Counted from the first letter of the stretch, positions 1 to 14,000 are shown. The stretch: 64,000 nucleotides of DNA from Lingula anatina (GCA_051362555.1 CM120647.1:1550001-1614000); one strand, 5' to 3'. Translations and numbers: made by a program. The notes: generated by a model not told the origin, from the letters alone.

Positions 1-698
1 AAATACATAAAAAATTTCACTATGAAATCTCCAGGGAGTTCGCTAGTCTCCAACATAAGCTGCATTATCATGCAATTTCCGCTGGCCTGACGTCAGTCCA
101 TTGATCCACCATCAGCCAAGGCCAGTTATCGCATGCTGCTGCTTTTGAACTGCGAAGATTCAGGGAATATTGTTGTAAACAGGAAACGGGAGCACAAGCT
201 GGTGAGAGAGAGAGAACAATAAAACCACCAATAACAACAACAAGGACGTCAAAATAGAAACCAATGAGAGACAATGAGCTGAAAGAGTGGCTGACAATCA
301 ATTTAACTGCAACGCATCACTATAACTTTGCTGATCCAATATATTATACCTCAATTTATAAGCAACTTCATTACTGAAGTCCTGCAAGGATCTGCTGACG
401 TCAGCCAGCTATGGAGAGCAGGACTACCGCAGGTTTCCTTTGTCTGCTCACAGCCGCAGCTGACCACAGCACTGACCACAGCTGACCGCAAGAAACAGCT
501 CAGGTTTCATCAAGATCGCTTTGCCAATACACTGTGATTTTATTACCAGAACCCACTTCCAACTTTTACAATGTGAAGTGTATCAAAATATGCACAATAC
601 ACATAAAATACTACTGGATCCATAAAATAATTGAGGTCTCTGTCATAACGTTTTACACAAAATTCATGAAAATCATGGCTGTCAATGGTCTTTCAAAT

Positions 699-701
<3 letters not shown>

Positions 702-744
<43 letters not shown>
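702..744. repeat. (GA)n microsatellite
   Basis: Directly visible; similar (GA)n at 10959-11000 and 59647-59673, (GT)n at 10774-10800 and 47513-47539. Confidence 0.95.
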
Positions 745-748
<4 letters not shown>

Positions 749-1797
749 GAACGCACTCTAATAAAGGCTCATCTTTCACAGGTCTCTCTTCTCATTAGCA
801 TCAGTTGAGTAAATCCCTCATTTCCTGTCATAGTAAGGCTTCCAGTAATAAGACTGATATTTATAGCTTTCATCTCATTTCTACAGCAGCGTGGTTGCGG
901 AAATTGGGAATAACATCACTTCATTCAATGGGACATTGGCATTGGGTGATGTGTAGGAAATAAAATTAAAGCAAACACTACCAGTGTTACATACACTTTC
1001 ATCCTTCACTGTTTTCATGCTCAGTTTCTGTGCAGTTTTACTGATACGTACATTGAGTTAATCTCTTTACTTTTAGAATCATGAATCCCTTATCAAACTT
1101 GGCATTTCAACATCCTGAATACCAAATATTAGCACTCTTCGATATTATGTCACCATTTTTTGGCACCATTGCACAACTCTTGCAACAGGCAAACAGACAA
1201 CGGTGAAATAACAGGGCAAGGATTTCGCAATTAGCAAGGTCCGATATGGTTTCCTTGTCACCAATGGCCCCTAGGACAGAGGACGGACTATTTCACAACA
1301 CCAGTGTCATGTCACATACGTACACACGAGGCCATGCAGATTACGTACATTTCGCAATCGACATCTAGAGAATGGTCAATATTGGCCTGGTGTTCAGGGT
1401 CAGTGATAACAGCCATGCTGGGTACACATGCTGGCTATTTCTAGACTATTCCAATGGCAGGCAGAAATCAGGGATTTCTGATGACATCATTGGTATCCTT
1501 TTTTCCAGTCCAATATTCAACTCAAATTCAATACAATATCTATAATGGAAAAAAAAAAAAATGCACTAATGCATTTTTAAAATTATTATTCACAGTGCAC
1601 TCTATTGTGGTTAAATTCAGTGAATTACATAGCATGCTGGATATTTAAATAAAGCTATTGTTTAGCCAAGATATGCCGGTTATTACAATAATGGACCCAG
1701 GTAGGAAGTCACGACTGTCACCTACCCACCAGTTGTGACACTTCAGATATGGTGACACTGACATCAGAGGAGACCGGTGAACTAATTATGACACTTA

Positions 1798-1956
1798 GGC
1801 ACTATTCAGAACAGTGGACTAACTAGTCCCCCTGTCAAATGTGGCCACCCACTAAAAAGCTTGCCATCTAATCCACTAATAGTCATTGAATAGATTCCCT
1901 GTGGGTCTGCCATATTTGACCCGCTGACTAGTTAGTCCACTTTTCTGAATGCCCCC
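1798..1956. mobile_element. Harbinger/Tourist-like MITE
   Basis: Inverted arms ATTCAGAACAGTGGACTAACTAGTC (1804-1828) and GACTAGTTAGTCCACTTTTCTGAAT (1926-1950), 24/25 match, plus inner inverted arms; TTA at 1795-1797 and 1957-1959 as a putative 3-bp TSD. Confidence 0.65.
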
Positions 1957-4571
1957 TTACACAAGGGGGCACTGAAATCAAGGGCGACTGGTGAACCTGA
2001 ACACTTTAACTAGCCCTATGGTCTTAAGTTCCATTTCCATTCAGTTCTCATCTTCCTGTTTAAACATTCTTTGAAATCATCGCATTCAAGTGAACTTAAT
2101 TTGTGGTTGATTTATTTTTTTGTCCAGGCGACCTCAGATGTCCCTGGATTTTGGAACTTAGTCAGCTAAACTGACCTTAGCTGATCCCATTTCACAGTAA
2201 ACTAGAAATACTGTAACAGAGGAGAATTCAACTAAAACGAAAAATAGCCATTCCTCCTCCCCTGACTTTTGACAATTATGGGTACATTGCAACTAAACAC
2301 TTTTTAGAAGCCAAGAGAGGTCACTTCATGTGAAATAGCTTATTCCCCTTCACATTTGATAAAATTGACTGGGTGTTTTTTTTTTTTTTATGTTCAAAAT
2401 GAGATATATATCAAGCTTTTTCTCCAACTCTTTAATAAGGAAACAACCATGAAATGCTTGAGCTCAATCTCAGTCAGTGATCTAGTGCAGGAAATCAAAT
2501 ACCTCAGAAGTGCAAGGAATTCCAAGTTTGTCGTTATAAACTTCTCTCTCCTTTACATGTTTACAGCAAGTGCAGAGATTTCTTATCCCTCTGACGTCAA
2601 CCAAGCCAGCTCTAATCACAATTTGTAGCAGGATGGGGGACAGAAATCCACACAAATCATATCTAATTGGGAAGTCCTTTCCATCGTCAGTAAATCAATT
2701 ATGAAAATGCCATTAAAATTCTTCTAAGTTCCTATGCAGTAAATAGCTTTGCCTAAGCTTAGAACTGCGTGACATGGACCTCTTCTTTCTCTCATTTATA
2801 CATTTCTTTCTTTAACATATTTCTAAAATTCAAAAAAGTCTTAACACACATGCCAGTTAGCAGAGAACAGACTTAATTGACTATCGGGGACTGTCACATA
2901 TAGGTAAAACATGGCTAGACGTGTGTGTGTGTGCGTATGTGTGTGGGTGCATATATGGAGAGTGAACAAGAATCAAACGCAGGTTGAAAGAACCCCCTTT
3001 TTCTGCTGGGAAAAAGTTCCCTCCAGATAAAATTTTATTTAAGTACTAGTACACAGAGGTTTCATGGTAAAAGGTCCACTTTTTCAGAAAAAAAAAAAAA
3101 AAAAAAATCCCCCTTTTGAAATTGCTGGCTACAGGCCTGAACAAAGATTCTGTTGTTTCCATAAAACAACAGGTAAATAGCTCTCCCCACTGCCACCTGA
3201 TGTGAGATATGTTGGTCAACTTGAGGTGACCCGGACACGCTGTGAATTAAGTGGTCAGCAGGTGACAAGATAAGGTGACCAGTGGCTCCCTTGTCCACCA
3301 CCCGAACCCATCTGTGACCATTAACAGCTTTCACTGGACATAAATAAATCCCTCTCTGGCACGGCTACTGACACTATCTCACTCGTATTCCATCTTTCTC
3401 TCTCTTAACAGCTTTTATAAATCCAATATATTTGAAAAGTAGAATTATTTGCTATGTTTAATAATTATGTATTTATGTTGGGCGTTAACGGGAGTCACCC
3501 TAAAAATTGTATGAAAAGGAGTAAAAGAGCGGAATGTAACAGACTGTGAAATGCGTACCGACATACCATGGGCCCATTCACTGGACATTAAAAGACACTG
3601 CCCCCCCCCCCCCCCCAACACACACAGTAACTCTTTTTTAACACTTATACATTATTCTATTTTAGTACATTTTAATAGTTTTATTCAACAATGGGGCTAA
3701 TACAGGGCAAAAGACTCCAGATTTTATACATTTGTACTTTATTGGTTTGATAAAATTATTATCTTAATCCATCTCTGGCATGGCTACTGATACTCTCTCT
3801 CTCTCTCTCTTTCACCTTTAATCCTTCAGGGCAAGGACCTATTTGCACCTTTTCTTTGCCAAACAAATGCAACTTCTTGCAACCAAAAAATCCCAGTCAA
3901 ACACAACGCTGTGACGGAGAAATCAAAAAGCAAACAAGCGTCTATTCAAATCACTGAGGCTGGGTGGTTTCTGTTTTATAAATAGTCCTGTATGTTGCTT
4001 AGCTAAGTAGTTATAAAAGATCCTTATCCCTACAATAAGACTTCCAACACCAGACGGGAGACGCCATGTGTACACAAGGCGATGAGTCATACGTCATTTA
4101 CCTGGCGCTGTGCTGGGAATTCACCCTTTTGAAAAGTGGAACAGGGCACCCCTGAGCTGACTCAGTTAACACGCGGGGACGCGATCAGCTTTCACGTGAT
4201 GTGGTCGCGACAGATCACCTCTCATGTGATTCAGTTGCGACAGATTAATCTTTCATTTTTGGGGGGTGACAGCAATTCAAACTATACCAGATTGTAAGTC
4301 CTGCAGTGGACTTGGTGACATGTGACAAGGCCTTCGGGACTTTTGATGACCTCATCTCACATTGGGCATAACTTGATATTTTCCCCATATTTTATCTAAC
4401 ACCATATCTTAAATGCACTTAGTTTTGTAATCTTTCCCAAGGACAAGCACGTCCTAGGTATCAATATGACATTACTGCCCTTTACAGGCATGTATCACTG
4501 AGGGAAACCAACATATTTAGATCAATGAGAACTTGATACAAAACCTGATACAAAATTGATAAACAAATGGA

Positions 4572-4606
<35 letters not shown>

Positions 4607-6913
4607 TCCGCGTTCAAATTCCACAGATTCACGACCCAGTGATTAGCCAAACCAATTCCCTGTCACCACCTCTACACCCAAGGAATGGTCCACAAAGACT
4701 AACAAGGTGCTAACGACAAGAAACATTTTCATCAAAGCCTTCATTTCTTCACAGAAACAGATGTCTATATCTGCTGAAGATCCTCTTTTCATCTTTTCTC
4801 TAGTTTATCCTCTCTCTCTTTCCATCTACTCTTTGTCTGTCTCCTAAAAACAATGGTAAAAGCGACACCATCACTTCCTCACCATTATAGAAACCGTCTT
4901 TCAATAGAAAGCACCTGTCTACTAGGACGGCCTCACACAGACAATGGGTCAAGCTGCCCCCCTAAATAGACATGAATGGACATCACACCTATCCAGTGAG
5001 TGGCCAGTACAAAGGGATGAAGACGGCCACCTTGTGCACCTCCTGGCTCCTACTTGGTGCTCAGGTAAGCAGGGATTTCTGAGACAGCCCAGACAAAGAG
5101 AGGAGGCCGTCCAGATACCTTGCTGCATCCTGTATCATACCCCCACTTCATGAATACCCCCACATCCCCCGTGATGACATCTGTACCCCCTATTAACACC
5201 CCCGTGATTACCCCCCACCACCCCCACCCTCTAGTCCCACCTGACCAGGTGAACAAACAAAACAAAGAGATGAAGCCATCTTGACACCTTGCACACTGAT
5301 GTTTTCTCTATGTGGTCATCTGCTTTGTTAATTTTAATATTCTCAGTGACCATCTGTCCAGGGTTCTTTTGTCCTGCAACCTTTGTGTCTCTGCGAGGAT
5401 TGCCAGAACCTTGTGGTGACACCCACGGTGCAACAGATGATACTTTATCGTCCTTTGTCTCCAAGTCATTACACAGATTTTTAGTAAGGTGACTCAAAGA
5501 CACTTTCAAGTTGTTTTAGCTTTATGCAATCAAATCGTGTTAATGCACCCCCATCAAAATAAAAATTTATTGCTCAATTATTTTTTAAAAATTTATATTA
5601 TAAAGAAGAAATCATTTCTCGCCTTTATAAATCAAAGCATTTCCTAACATAATATTAATGATCAGAGATATAATATTTTATTGAGGAAGAGGATACAGAA
5701 AGCATCAAAGCGTAGATAATCAAAAGCTGCACAATACAAGGAGCAATGTATATCTGTAGAGCTGCTATCACTGGAGCTATCACATCGTAGAGGAAACTGT
5801 GAACGTGTCCTGCCTCGGGACACATGACTGAACCCCTGACCTCTCCCAAAACACAGGTCAACTTCCTCTTCTCGTTAACACAGGTATACAATCAGGGGCT
5901 GTCATCTGAGCTGACCCCCCCATGACCCCTAACTGACCCCCCTCTCCCCCGACCCCCCAAGAAATCCCCTGGTAGACATATCATAATGACAGAAAATTAT
6001 TTTCAAGGAGACACGGTTCAGTTGGTTGCTCACTGTGGCAGTTTCCTCAGGATTAAAATGCCTGTATATCTGCTACATATCATATCTCTACTAAGATCAA
6101 ACACTGTATGTCATAATTCCTAAAGAGATGTAACAAAAATAGAGACTGAAGAAAATTTACTTTATTCTACAGAGACGTAGCTGTCACTCATTATTCAGCA
6201 CACCTGCTCATTACAAGATATATCTGACAGACCTGATCACAGCCGAGCTTCCTTCTTTCTCCATATCAATCAGTCTCCACATTCAACACCCTCTGTTACC
6301 TTTTATTGAGGAAGAGCACACTGAGGCGTCAAATGTTTCCTGATTATCAGGAGACAAGAGGCGCAATCAGGGACACACTTCCTTCAAATGGCGTCATATC
6401 AGGTGTTACGATCATGATTAGCTTCCTGTGCTTCCTTCAAAGAAATGAGATGACATCTCTGTCACCAGACGGGACAGACCATGCTCACGTTGAGGACACT
6501 CGTCTCAGTGAGGACCATCAATACACTTTTCAACCTTGATGCTTTCGAGTTAAAAAGCCCTGGCTTAATGTGCGGCTTGGGGTGGGTTTAACCAAATAAT
6601 CGTGATAATGATAATAATAAAAAGAAACTATAACAATAATGTTTGAAAGTGTCTAACAGCATGAAGAATCAGCAACTAAAAAGAGGAATGAGATGGGGGG
6701 GGGGGGGGGTATTGCTCTCATAATGCTTGATACCATTAACAGTGGGTGAATAACTACCTAAATCATGCACGTTAAGTAACAATAACAACGCAAAAGTGGC
6801 TAATTCATTAACTATACACCTGTTACTTCCTTTTCCATTGTTTTTTTAGTTTTAATTCCCACCATGTTGAGGCAGAAACAAAACAACAAGGTCATGTTGG
6901 TACGAAGCCTGCG

Positions 6914-7285
6914 GTTACATCAGCCAGTGGAGAGGTGGTAAACAGGATTTCGTCAGCTATTTCTGGCATTCCTCAAAGATTTACCTGTGCTGCAGGTTTT
7001 TTATCACATAGTGTTGCATCAGCTTGGGAGATAAGGGAGGAATTTTCCATTCAATATTTAACTTTTTTCTGTCTGAATTATTATGTTAATAAATGAATCA
7101 GATATTGTTTAATTTCTCTCTTGCTAATAAAAAATAAACATCCTCAGTACTTCATTTCTCCTCAATTATATTATCTTTCTTTTTCCCCCCCTTCCCTATT
7201 GATTCAGGTACTATTAAAGGTTTCTTGTCGAGGCAAGCAAGCTATTTTCTCCGCTGTCTACCCGTGTGAAACCTATTGCATCAGC
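6914..7285. promoter_or_regulatory. Candidate ATF4-C/EBP (CARE) intronic enhancer of tribbles
   Basis: GTTACATCAGC 6914, ATTTCGTCAGC 6947, GTTGCATCAGC 7013, ATTGCATCAGC 7275; FOX site GTAAACA 6938. Confidence 0.5.
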
Positions 7286-8307
7286 CTCTGTCAAGAGATG
7301 CCTTTGTTCAGGTCGTGATGGCTCTCACGAATTGGATCACATTCCTCTTCACTGACCTCATTCTGGGATGACTCGCCTCGGCGCACTCACAGACTAGGTC
7401 ATGCGCTATGCGAAAAATTAAAACAGCTAAACCATGACTGATTTATAACCATGGAATAGTGCTGCGCAAAACAGGTCAAATCATTTCAAAGGTGCGGCAG
7501 TCTTTTGTTACTAAACCAGAGAAACTTCAGTGCAACTATTGACCAATTCTTCAGGGTTGTGGGTAAACAAGAGAGTTATTTAATCCTGAGCTACTGCGTC
7601 ACAAAAAAGCCCAAGACGCATGTGTCACCCATCAAAAGTACACTTAGTTGAACAACAATGCCCCCTTTAAACAGGTCATGCTAGCCTTATGAAAGGCCTG
7701 CACAGGCTTATTACAGGTGTTTTCCCAACATAGCAACAGGCGGCATTACAGCTGGGTGGAGTGACCTAAATAAAAGGGCGGGGTGCCAAATTTGACCTAG
7801 TTTTCTACCAAAGCAGTCTTCAACAGCCTGTCTCCATTTCAGGACATTTGGAACAAACCATACTTTTTCTTTTCAACGAGCTTGGAGGGTATCCAACTTG
7901 GTTGCACATATTAAGTGGACATTTTCTGTGTGCACTCTTAACATAGTCCAAATTCTGGAACTTATAAGGCAAGACTTTTAGATCCAATATATTTCCTCTT
8001 AAAAACCAGTCAGCAGACTGGATCAAACCAGTTACTGAATTATCGGGAAAACATTCATTATCCAGTCCGTTGCCTGTAAATGGGGCGTCCAGCACTTACT
8101 GAACTAGAGGATCAGAGAGGCGATACCGCCTCCGAATATTGTACCACCAGCTGGAGCAAGCGCATTCGTATAGACCCCCACATACACAAAATAAGGGACA
8201 CAGCCACCAGTTTTGTGCTTGACAAGCTGTAAAAATGCAATCAACAAGAATTTTTAAACTATTGCAAAAAATATATATGGTACAATCAAACTTAAGTTCT
8301 TCGTAAG

Positions 8308-9731
8308 GTAGGTCAAGGGTCAGTTTCAAGGTCACAGTAAATTGCCAGTATATGACTTCCTATTCAAGTTCAATAGTAACTACAGACCTATCTCAGCCAG
8401 TTTTGGAGATAAAAGGAAAGCAAAATTTGCAAAATTCAGTTTATGGTGTAAAGTAGGTCAAAGGTCAATTTTAAGGTCACATTTAGATTGCCAGTATATG
8501 ACTTCCTTTTCAAGTTCAATAGTAACTACGGACCTATCTCAGCCAGTTTTGGAGATAAAAGGAAAGCAAAATTTGCAAAATTCAGTTTATGGTGTAAAGT
8601 ACGTCAAAGGTCAATTTTAAGGTCACATTTAGATTGCCAGTATATGACTTCCTTTTCAAGTTCAATAGTAACTATGGACCTATCTCAGCCAGTTTTGGAG
8701 ATAAAAGGAAAGCAAAATTTGCAAAGTTCAGTTCATGGTGAAAAGTAGGTCAAAGGTCAATTTCAAGGTCACATTTAGATTGCCAGTATATGACTTCCTA
8801 TTCAAGTTCAATAGTAACTATGGACCTATCTCTGCCAGTTTTGGAGATAAAAGGGATGAAAAATTTGCAAAGTTCAGTTTATGGTGAAAAGTAGGTCAAA
8901 GGTCAATTTTGAGGTCACATTTAGATTGCCAGTATATGACTTCCTATACAAGTTCAATAGTAACTACGGACCTATCTCAGCCAGTTTTGGAGATAAAAGG
9001 AAAGCAAAATTTGCAAAATTCTGTTCATGGTGTAAAGTAGGTCAAAGGTCAATTTTGAGGTCACATTTAGATTGCCAGTATATGACTTCCTATTCAAGTT
9101 CAATAGTAACTACGGACCTATCTCAGCCAGTTTTGGAGATAAAAGGAAAGCAAAATTTGCAAAATTCAGTTCATGGTGTAAAGTAGGTCAAAGGTCAATT
9201 TTAAGATCACATTTAGATTGCCAGTATATGACTTCCTATTCAAGTTCAATAGTAACTATGGACCTATCTCTGCCAGTTTTGGTGATAAAAGGGAAGCAAG
9301 TTTTGCAAAGTTCAGTTTATGGTGAAAAGTAGGTCAAAGGTCAATTTTAAGGTCACATTTAGATTGCCAGTATATGACTTCCTATTCAAGTTCAATAGTA
9401 ACTATGGACCTATCTCTGCCAGTTTTGGAGATAAAAGGGAAGAAAAATTTGCAAAGTTCAGTTCATGGTGAAAAGTAGGTCAAAGGTCACTTTCAAGGTC
9501 ATAGTAAGATTGCCAGTATATGACTTCCTATTCAACTTCAATAGTAACTATGGACCTATCTCTGCCAGTTTTGGAGATAAAAGGGAAGAAAAATTTGCAA
9601 AGTTCAGTTCATGGTGAAAAGTAGGTCAAAGGTCACTTTCAAGGTCATAGTAAGATTGCCAGTATATGACTTCCTATTCAACTTCAATAGTAACTATGGT
9701 CCTATCTCTGCCAGTTTTGGAGATATAAGGG
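8308..9731. repeat. 146-bp tandem satellite, about 10 near-identical copies, inside the HINE
   Basis: ATTGCCAGTATATGAC recurs at 8341, 8487, 8633, 8779, 8925, 9071, 9217, 9363, 9509, 9655. Confidence 0.97.
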
Positions 9732-10631
9732 ACTAAATGTTATAATTTTGGAGTTACCATAATGTGCCTTAAATTTCGTACAGAAAAAATTAATTAAAAT
9801 AAAGAAAATGTCATTTTGGTCAAAATTCTTGAAATAGGAGGTGCTCTGAAGTTTCAGAAGTTCAAATTTGATGAAATAAAGTCATTTTTGAACACAAGTT
9901 GTCTGCTTTGCCAAGCCTTATGTTTTATTTTTCCAGAGTTCAAAATTTATTATCCATTACCGTACTGCACATTTTGCTTTTACCACCAATATGTACTTTT
10001 TGATACAGCGTAACTCGAAAACCGTATGGAATACAAAAAAACTGAGACCACCTCCAGTGTTGGGCTTTACATGCTCTACAAAATGCAAAAAAGAATGGGT
10101 CTCTAGCATTAACGGTTCCCGAATTAGAGACAGTTTTCAGTTTCGGTATCTTATGGCCGCTACTCCCGTGAAAATGCACCGATTGACCCCAAATTCATGG
10201 AGATGAAAGATGACCTGAAGGGTAACACCTTCCAATAATATTATTGGTTAAGTCTGTGTGGTGTCTGAATAACAGGGCAAAAAAAATTTTTTTCGTAAAA
10301 AATTTCATTTTTTTGAAAATTTTGGCCCATTTGACCTTGGAGTAAAGGTCAAAGGTCAAATCCAAGGGTATATTTGAAATCTACACATATGACTTTTGGA
10401 AAGCCGTCTATAGAAATTTTTCCCATAACTCCTTCCGTAGGGTAGATAATTAGCATTTAATTTTGCCATTTTTAGACAAGGGTGCATTGCAATGAGTGCC
10501 ACACCCAGACCCCAATACCGACAAAGCCCAAATTTTACGTGGAACGAGTTGAGATTATAGGTGACCTAAATCCATGAGATGGGTACGGGGGCCCTTACCG
10601 TCTAGGAGGAGAAGCGGTAACGGTAGCCGTC

Positions 10632-10692
10632 CGGCGGAGCCGGCGGAGCCGGCGGAGCCAACGGAGCCGGCGGAGCCGGCGGAGCCGGCGGA
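10632..10692. repeat. 9-bp GGCGGAGCC minisatellite (6-7 copies) at the HINE 3' end
   Basis: Directly visible. Confidence 0.9.
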
Positions 10693-10954
10693 ACGATCCG
10701 GACGGGACCGAAACCATGTGTACCGCCAGCGCTAACGCTGGTGGTACAATAAGTAATTCCAACTTGTCTTAAGGTGTGTGTGTGTGTGTGTGTGTGTGTG
10801 GGGGGGGGTGGGGGGGGGGGGGGGGTAAAGTAGGCCATAAATTATCTGACCTTTGATGGGGGCTGACTGCAGTTAACACCAGTATCTGCTGGTCATTTGG
10901 AGGTCAAGATGAGACCAAATTATGTGACATTATCCTAACCAACTATTATTTATT

Positions 10955-11004
<50 letters not shown>

Positions 11005-14000
11005 AAATTATCCCATTTAATTTAATCTCTTATCTTTTTTTTTTTTTTGCACCATTTTTTTATTCTTTATTTCTACAAAATTTCAGTTGCAATTCTTCAT
11101 TTAAATTCATTATCATATTCCTAAAAATGCGTTCTCCACAAAGTATCTATGTGTAAGATCTCTATCAGCAGTGAGGATCTCTGCACCACCCATATCGCAC
11201 TCGGCCACATCAACCTACGCCACGCCACGCCCTAAACCTCCACACAAACCTCATATGTCGACATCAAATGATCAGAGAATATATTACAGTAACGTAAGCT
11301 ATGACGGAGGACACGCCATCATTCATTTTATCATAAATACGTCATGAGGGTGATTTGTATTGCTGGTCAGCACTATCAACATAATGGATCCGAGGTTTTT
11401 ACGCCACGGTGCACTCTGATGGCCTCAGTGCACACGACACACAACACAACGGCAGACGCTTCTCCATTTATCTTTCATCACAACAGCATCCCTTTCATTT
11501 TTAATCCATTTGCAACAAAGTATCTAAATGAGCATATGTCGAAGAAGCAAATACTGAAGTTGTTCACATATATAATCCCACACTTGTTCTTTTCTGTCCC
11601 ATTTCACAGAAGATATAAGAACACAAACATGTAATCTTCATTCCACATGCAATGAGTAATTTATTTTCATTTGTTTACTGTGTGTTGACCATGATAACCA
11701 AGATGACCATGATAGCTATGTTGGTGCCAGTATAAGCCAGCCACAGCGAACAGCGCCTTGTAATATCTGGTAAAACAGCAAGCCTGGCAATAAAACAGCA
11801 GTTCTGGAGATAAAATCTGCAAAGCTTTCCGATACATGAAAGCCTTCTGCACGCAGGCACACCAGGCAGTCCACCATCACTGATGGAGAAAAACATTAAT
11901 AGAAACACTTATAAATATTTGACTGACAAGAGGCCTTCACCTCTTGCAAGCTCATATCTTCCTGGAGTTGCTTACATTGGGACATTGCCAGTATGCCTAC
12001 ATGGAGGCCCGGCCATTAACATAGCAGTGATAGGTGTATATTAGCTTGACTCATACACCAAAAATTTCTCAGGTGCAAAGAAAAGAAGAAAATTTCAATA
12101 CGACTACAAATATCTTTATATTTTCTGATCCCCAAAAGGAGTGTACTGTTTTTTTTAAAGATTTTTATGCATCAAAATCGCTCCAACTGGATTCTAAACT
12201 CTGTAGAAGAACTATACAAGTACAGTCTTGATTGTATGTCAAAACGTATCCTGATTAAAATCACATTTTCCTGCTGCTGATTTTAGTACTATTGGAAAAC
12301 TTCATTTACACCTACCCTTCCCTTACTTCCAGGTGAGGTGAAAAAAATCTCACAATTATCACCATCTCTGATTACCTTAATTCACAGAAAACTAACACCT
12401 TGCTATAATAACCACTTCTTTACTGAGAAATGCATATTTTGTGATCACCAGCCCAGTTTCAAGAAATCAAGCCATAAAACTGTCAACCACAACAATAAGG
12501 AGGGGATGGGGGGCGGGGGGGGGGGGGGGGGACTCCGTTCAAAATAAGGTTAAAATGAGGTTGCAAAGAAACAATGTTGTACTAAAGGCAGGGCATATTT
12601 TTGTATGGACACACATAAAAAGAAAGCAGTGTTCGGCAGCTTTCAAAGGAGTCCAGGTCCACGCGCACTAATCTCAGTACTTCCAAACTTGCACACAGCG
12701 GAGCACTTTTCCTTTATCTCCACCAGATATGCCGATGTCAAATAAGACTCTTCCAAAATCTATTTATTTCCTTTCTGGCTGTTAAAAACAGGTGTGTTTA
12801 CAGCACCGGATGAACATATTATTTCACCAGTATATTTTTGTTCAAGAAAAGTGATTTACATGACTAGAACTTAAAGTGATCGAAATATTTAGCAATATTT
12901 CCAGTGAAATGCCCTTTAAGACAAGAGAATTTGTTTTCACTTTTTTGTGGTTTATTGATTTTCTTTCCCACAGGATATCTATTTTAAGACTTGCTTGTAT
13001 TCTCTTTCTCAATTGCTTTATTGTGTATCACGTTTAAAGAACATCTATATCAGGGATTCTCAGAAAAATTTCAAAACTTTTTTCTGTGTGTTTGTGTGTG
13101 TAATTAAATGAGATTAAGACACATGTATAAATTGGAAAATGCTCTGAATCACCCAAGGGTCTGCAAGTTTCACCAGGAAAAAAACTGGAACTTTTTCAAG
13201 CCTGAAACATGCAGGCATGCAAATAAACATCTTTCCAAACTAAGAAATTAATTGCTCCGCTGCATCTGACCTACTAATTAAAACATCAGAAACACAGAGA
13301 CAACGAAACAGTTAATGACGACCAACGGCCTGGGAGAGAATTAATCTCTCGCGGAATCCCAGGACACCAGCTCACTTCGACAGTAACAGAAATCGATCCA
13401 GCCAGGAAGAGATGGCAACAGTAAATCAGTTGGCCGTATCAACATTGTGGTATCATCTATTTATCTGCCTCCATGGAGCAGCTGATGCTAGTGCCATATA
13501 TGTTATTTCATGGAAATGACTGGACGTTTTCCAAGGGTTGTGTTCAAGCATTTTATGCTGCACAGTAGATGATTATTTTTTGCCAACTGATAAATCAAGG
13601 GGGGGGGGAAACACAGACAATGACCATTGACAGTTCTCAGAATCACTTCTTATGTAAATTTATTTTCAGTCCTGAAAATGTGTCAATGCGTCCATAAAAA
13701 GATATGACGAATGGATCCCAAAATATTGTACTAGCAAGATGGGGAAAAATGTCGGTGTAGTCTGCCTAACATCCACAGGATGTGTTTGCACTTCATAATT
13801 CCATAATCAAAACTGACAAATGGCTAATTATCCACAAGAGTTAAGTCTTAGGTTTTGTTACTAAGCAACTCATGTCCCCGGCTTCCTCGCCTCTACTTCC
13901 AGGAAAATTGATTTCTGTGAAACTCATTCCTCCGTCAGGACACATAATCCTCACAAGAACAAGCTCTTTAAAATATCTTTCCACATTCATGAAAAATCTA

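Larger units (their letters stand above)
8102..10752. mobile_element. Non-autonomous Helentron-associated element (HINE / DINE-1 / pearl-CvA-like)
   Basis: Starts AACTAGAG; small 5' hairpin GAGGCG-ATAC-CGCCTC; subterminal inverted repeat ATTGTACCACCAGC (8138-8151) / GCTGGTGGTACAAT (10737-10750); terminal stem-loop 10719-10748; GGCGGAGCC minisatellite just before it; internal satellite array; no transposase ORF. Confidence 0.75.

Noticed and set aside
1494-1502. GTATCCTTT U12-like donor
   Set aside because: On the strand opposite tribbles with no associated exon or branch site.
8342-9332. Repeated ORFs MPVYDFLFKFNSN... and a CRISPR-like look of the array
   Set aside because: Translations of a 146-bp satellite; units are contiguous with no unique spacers, eukaryotic context, no cas genes.
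10602-10838. Pro/Ala-rich ORF
   Set aside because: Derived from poly-G, (GT)n and the 9-bp minisatellite at the transposon end.
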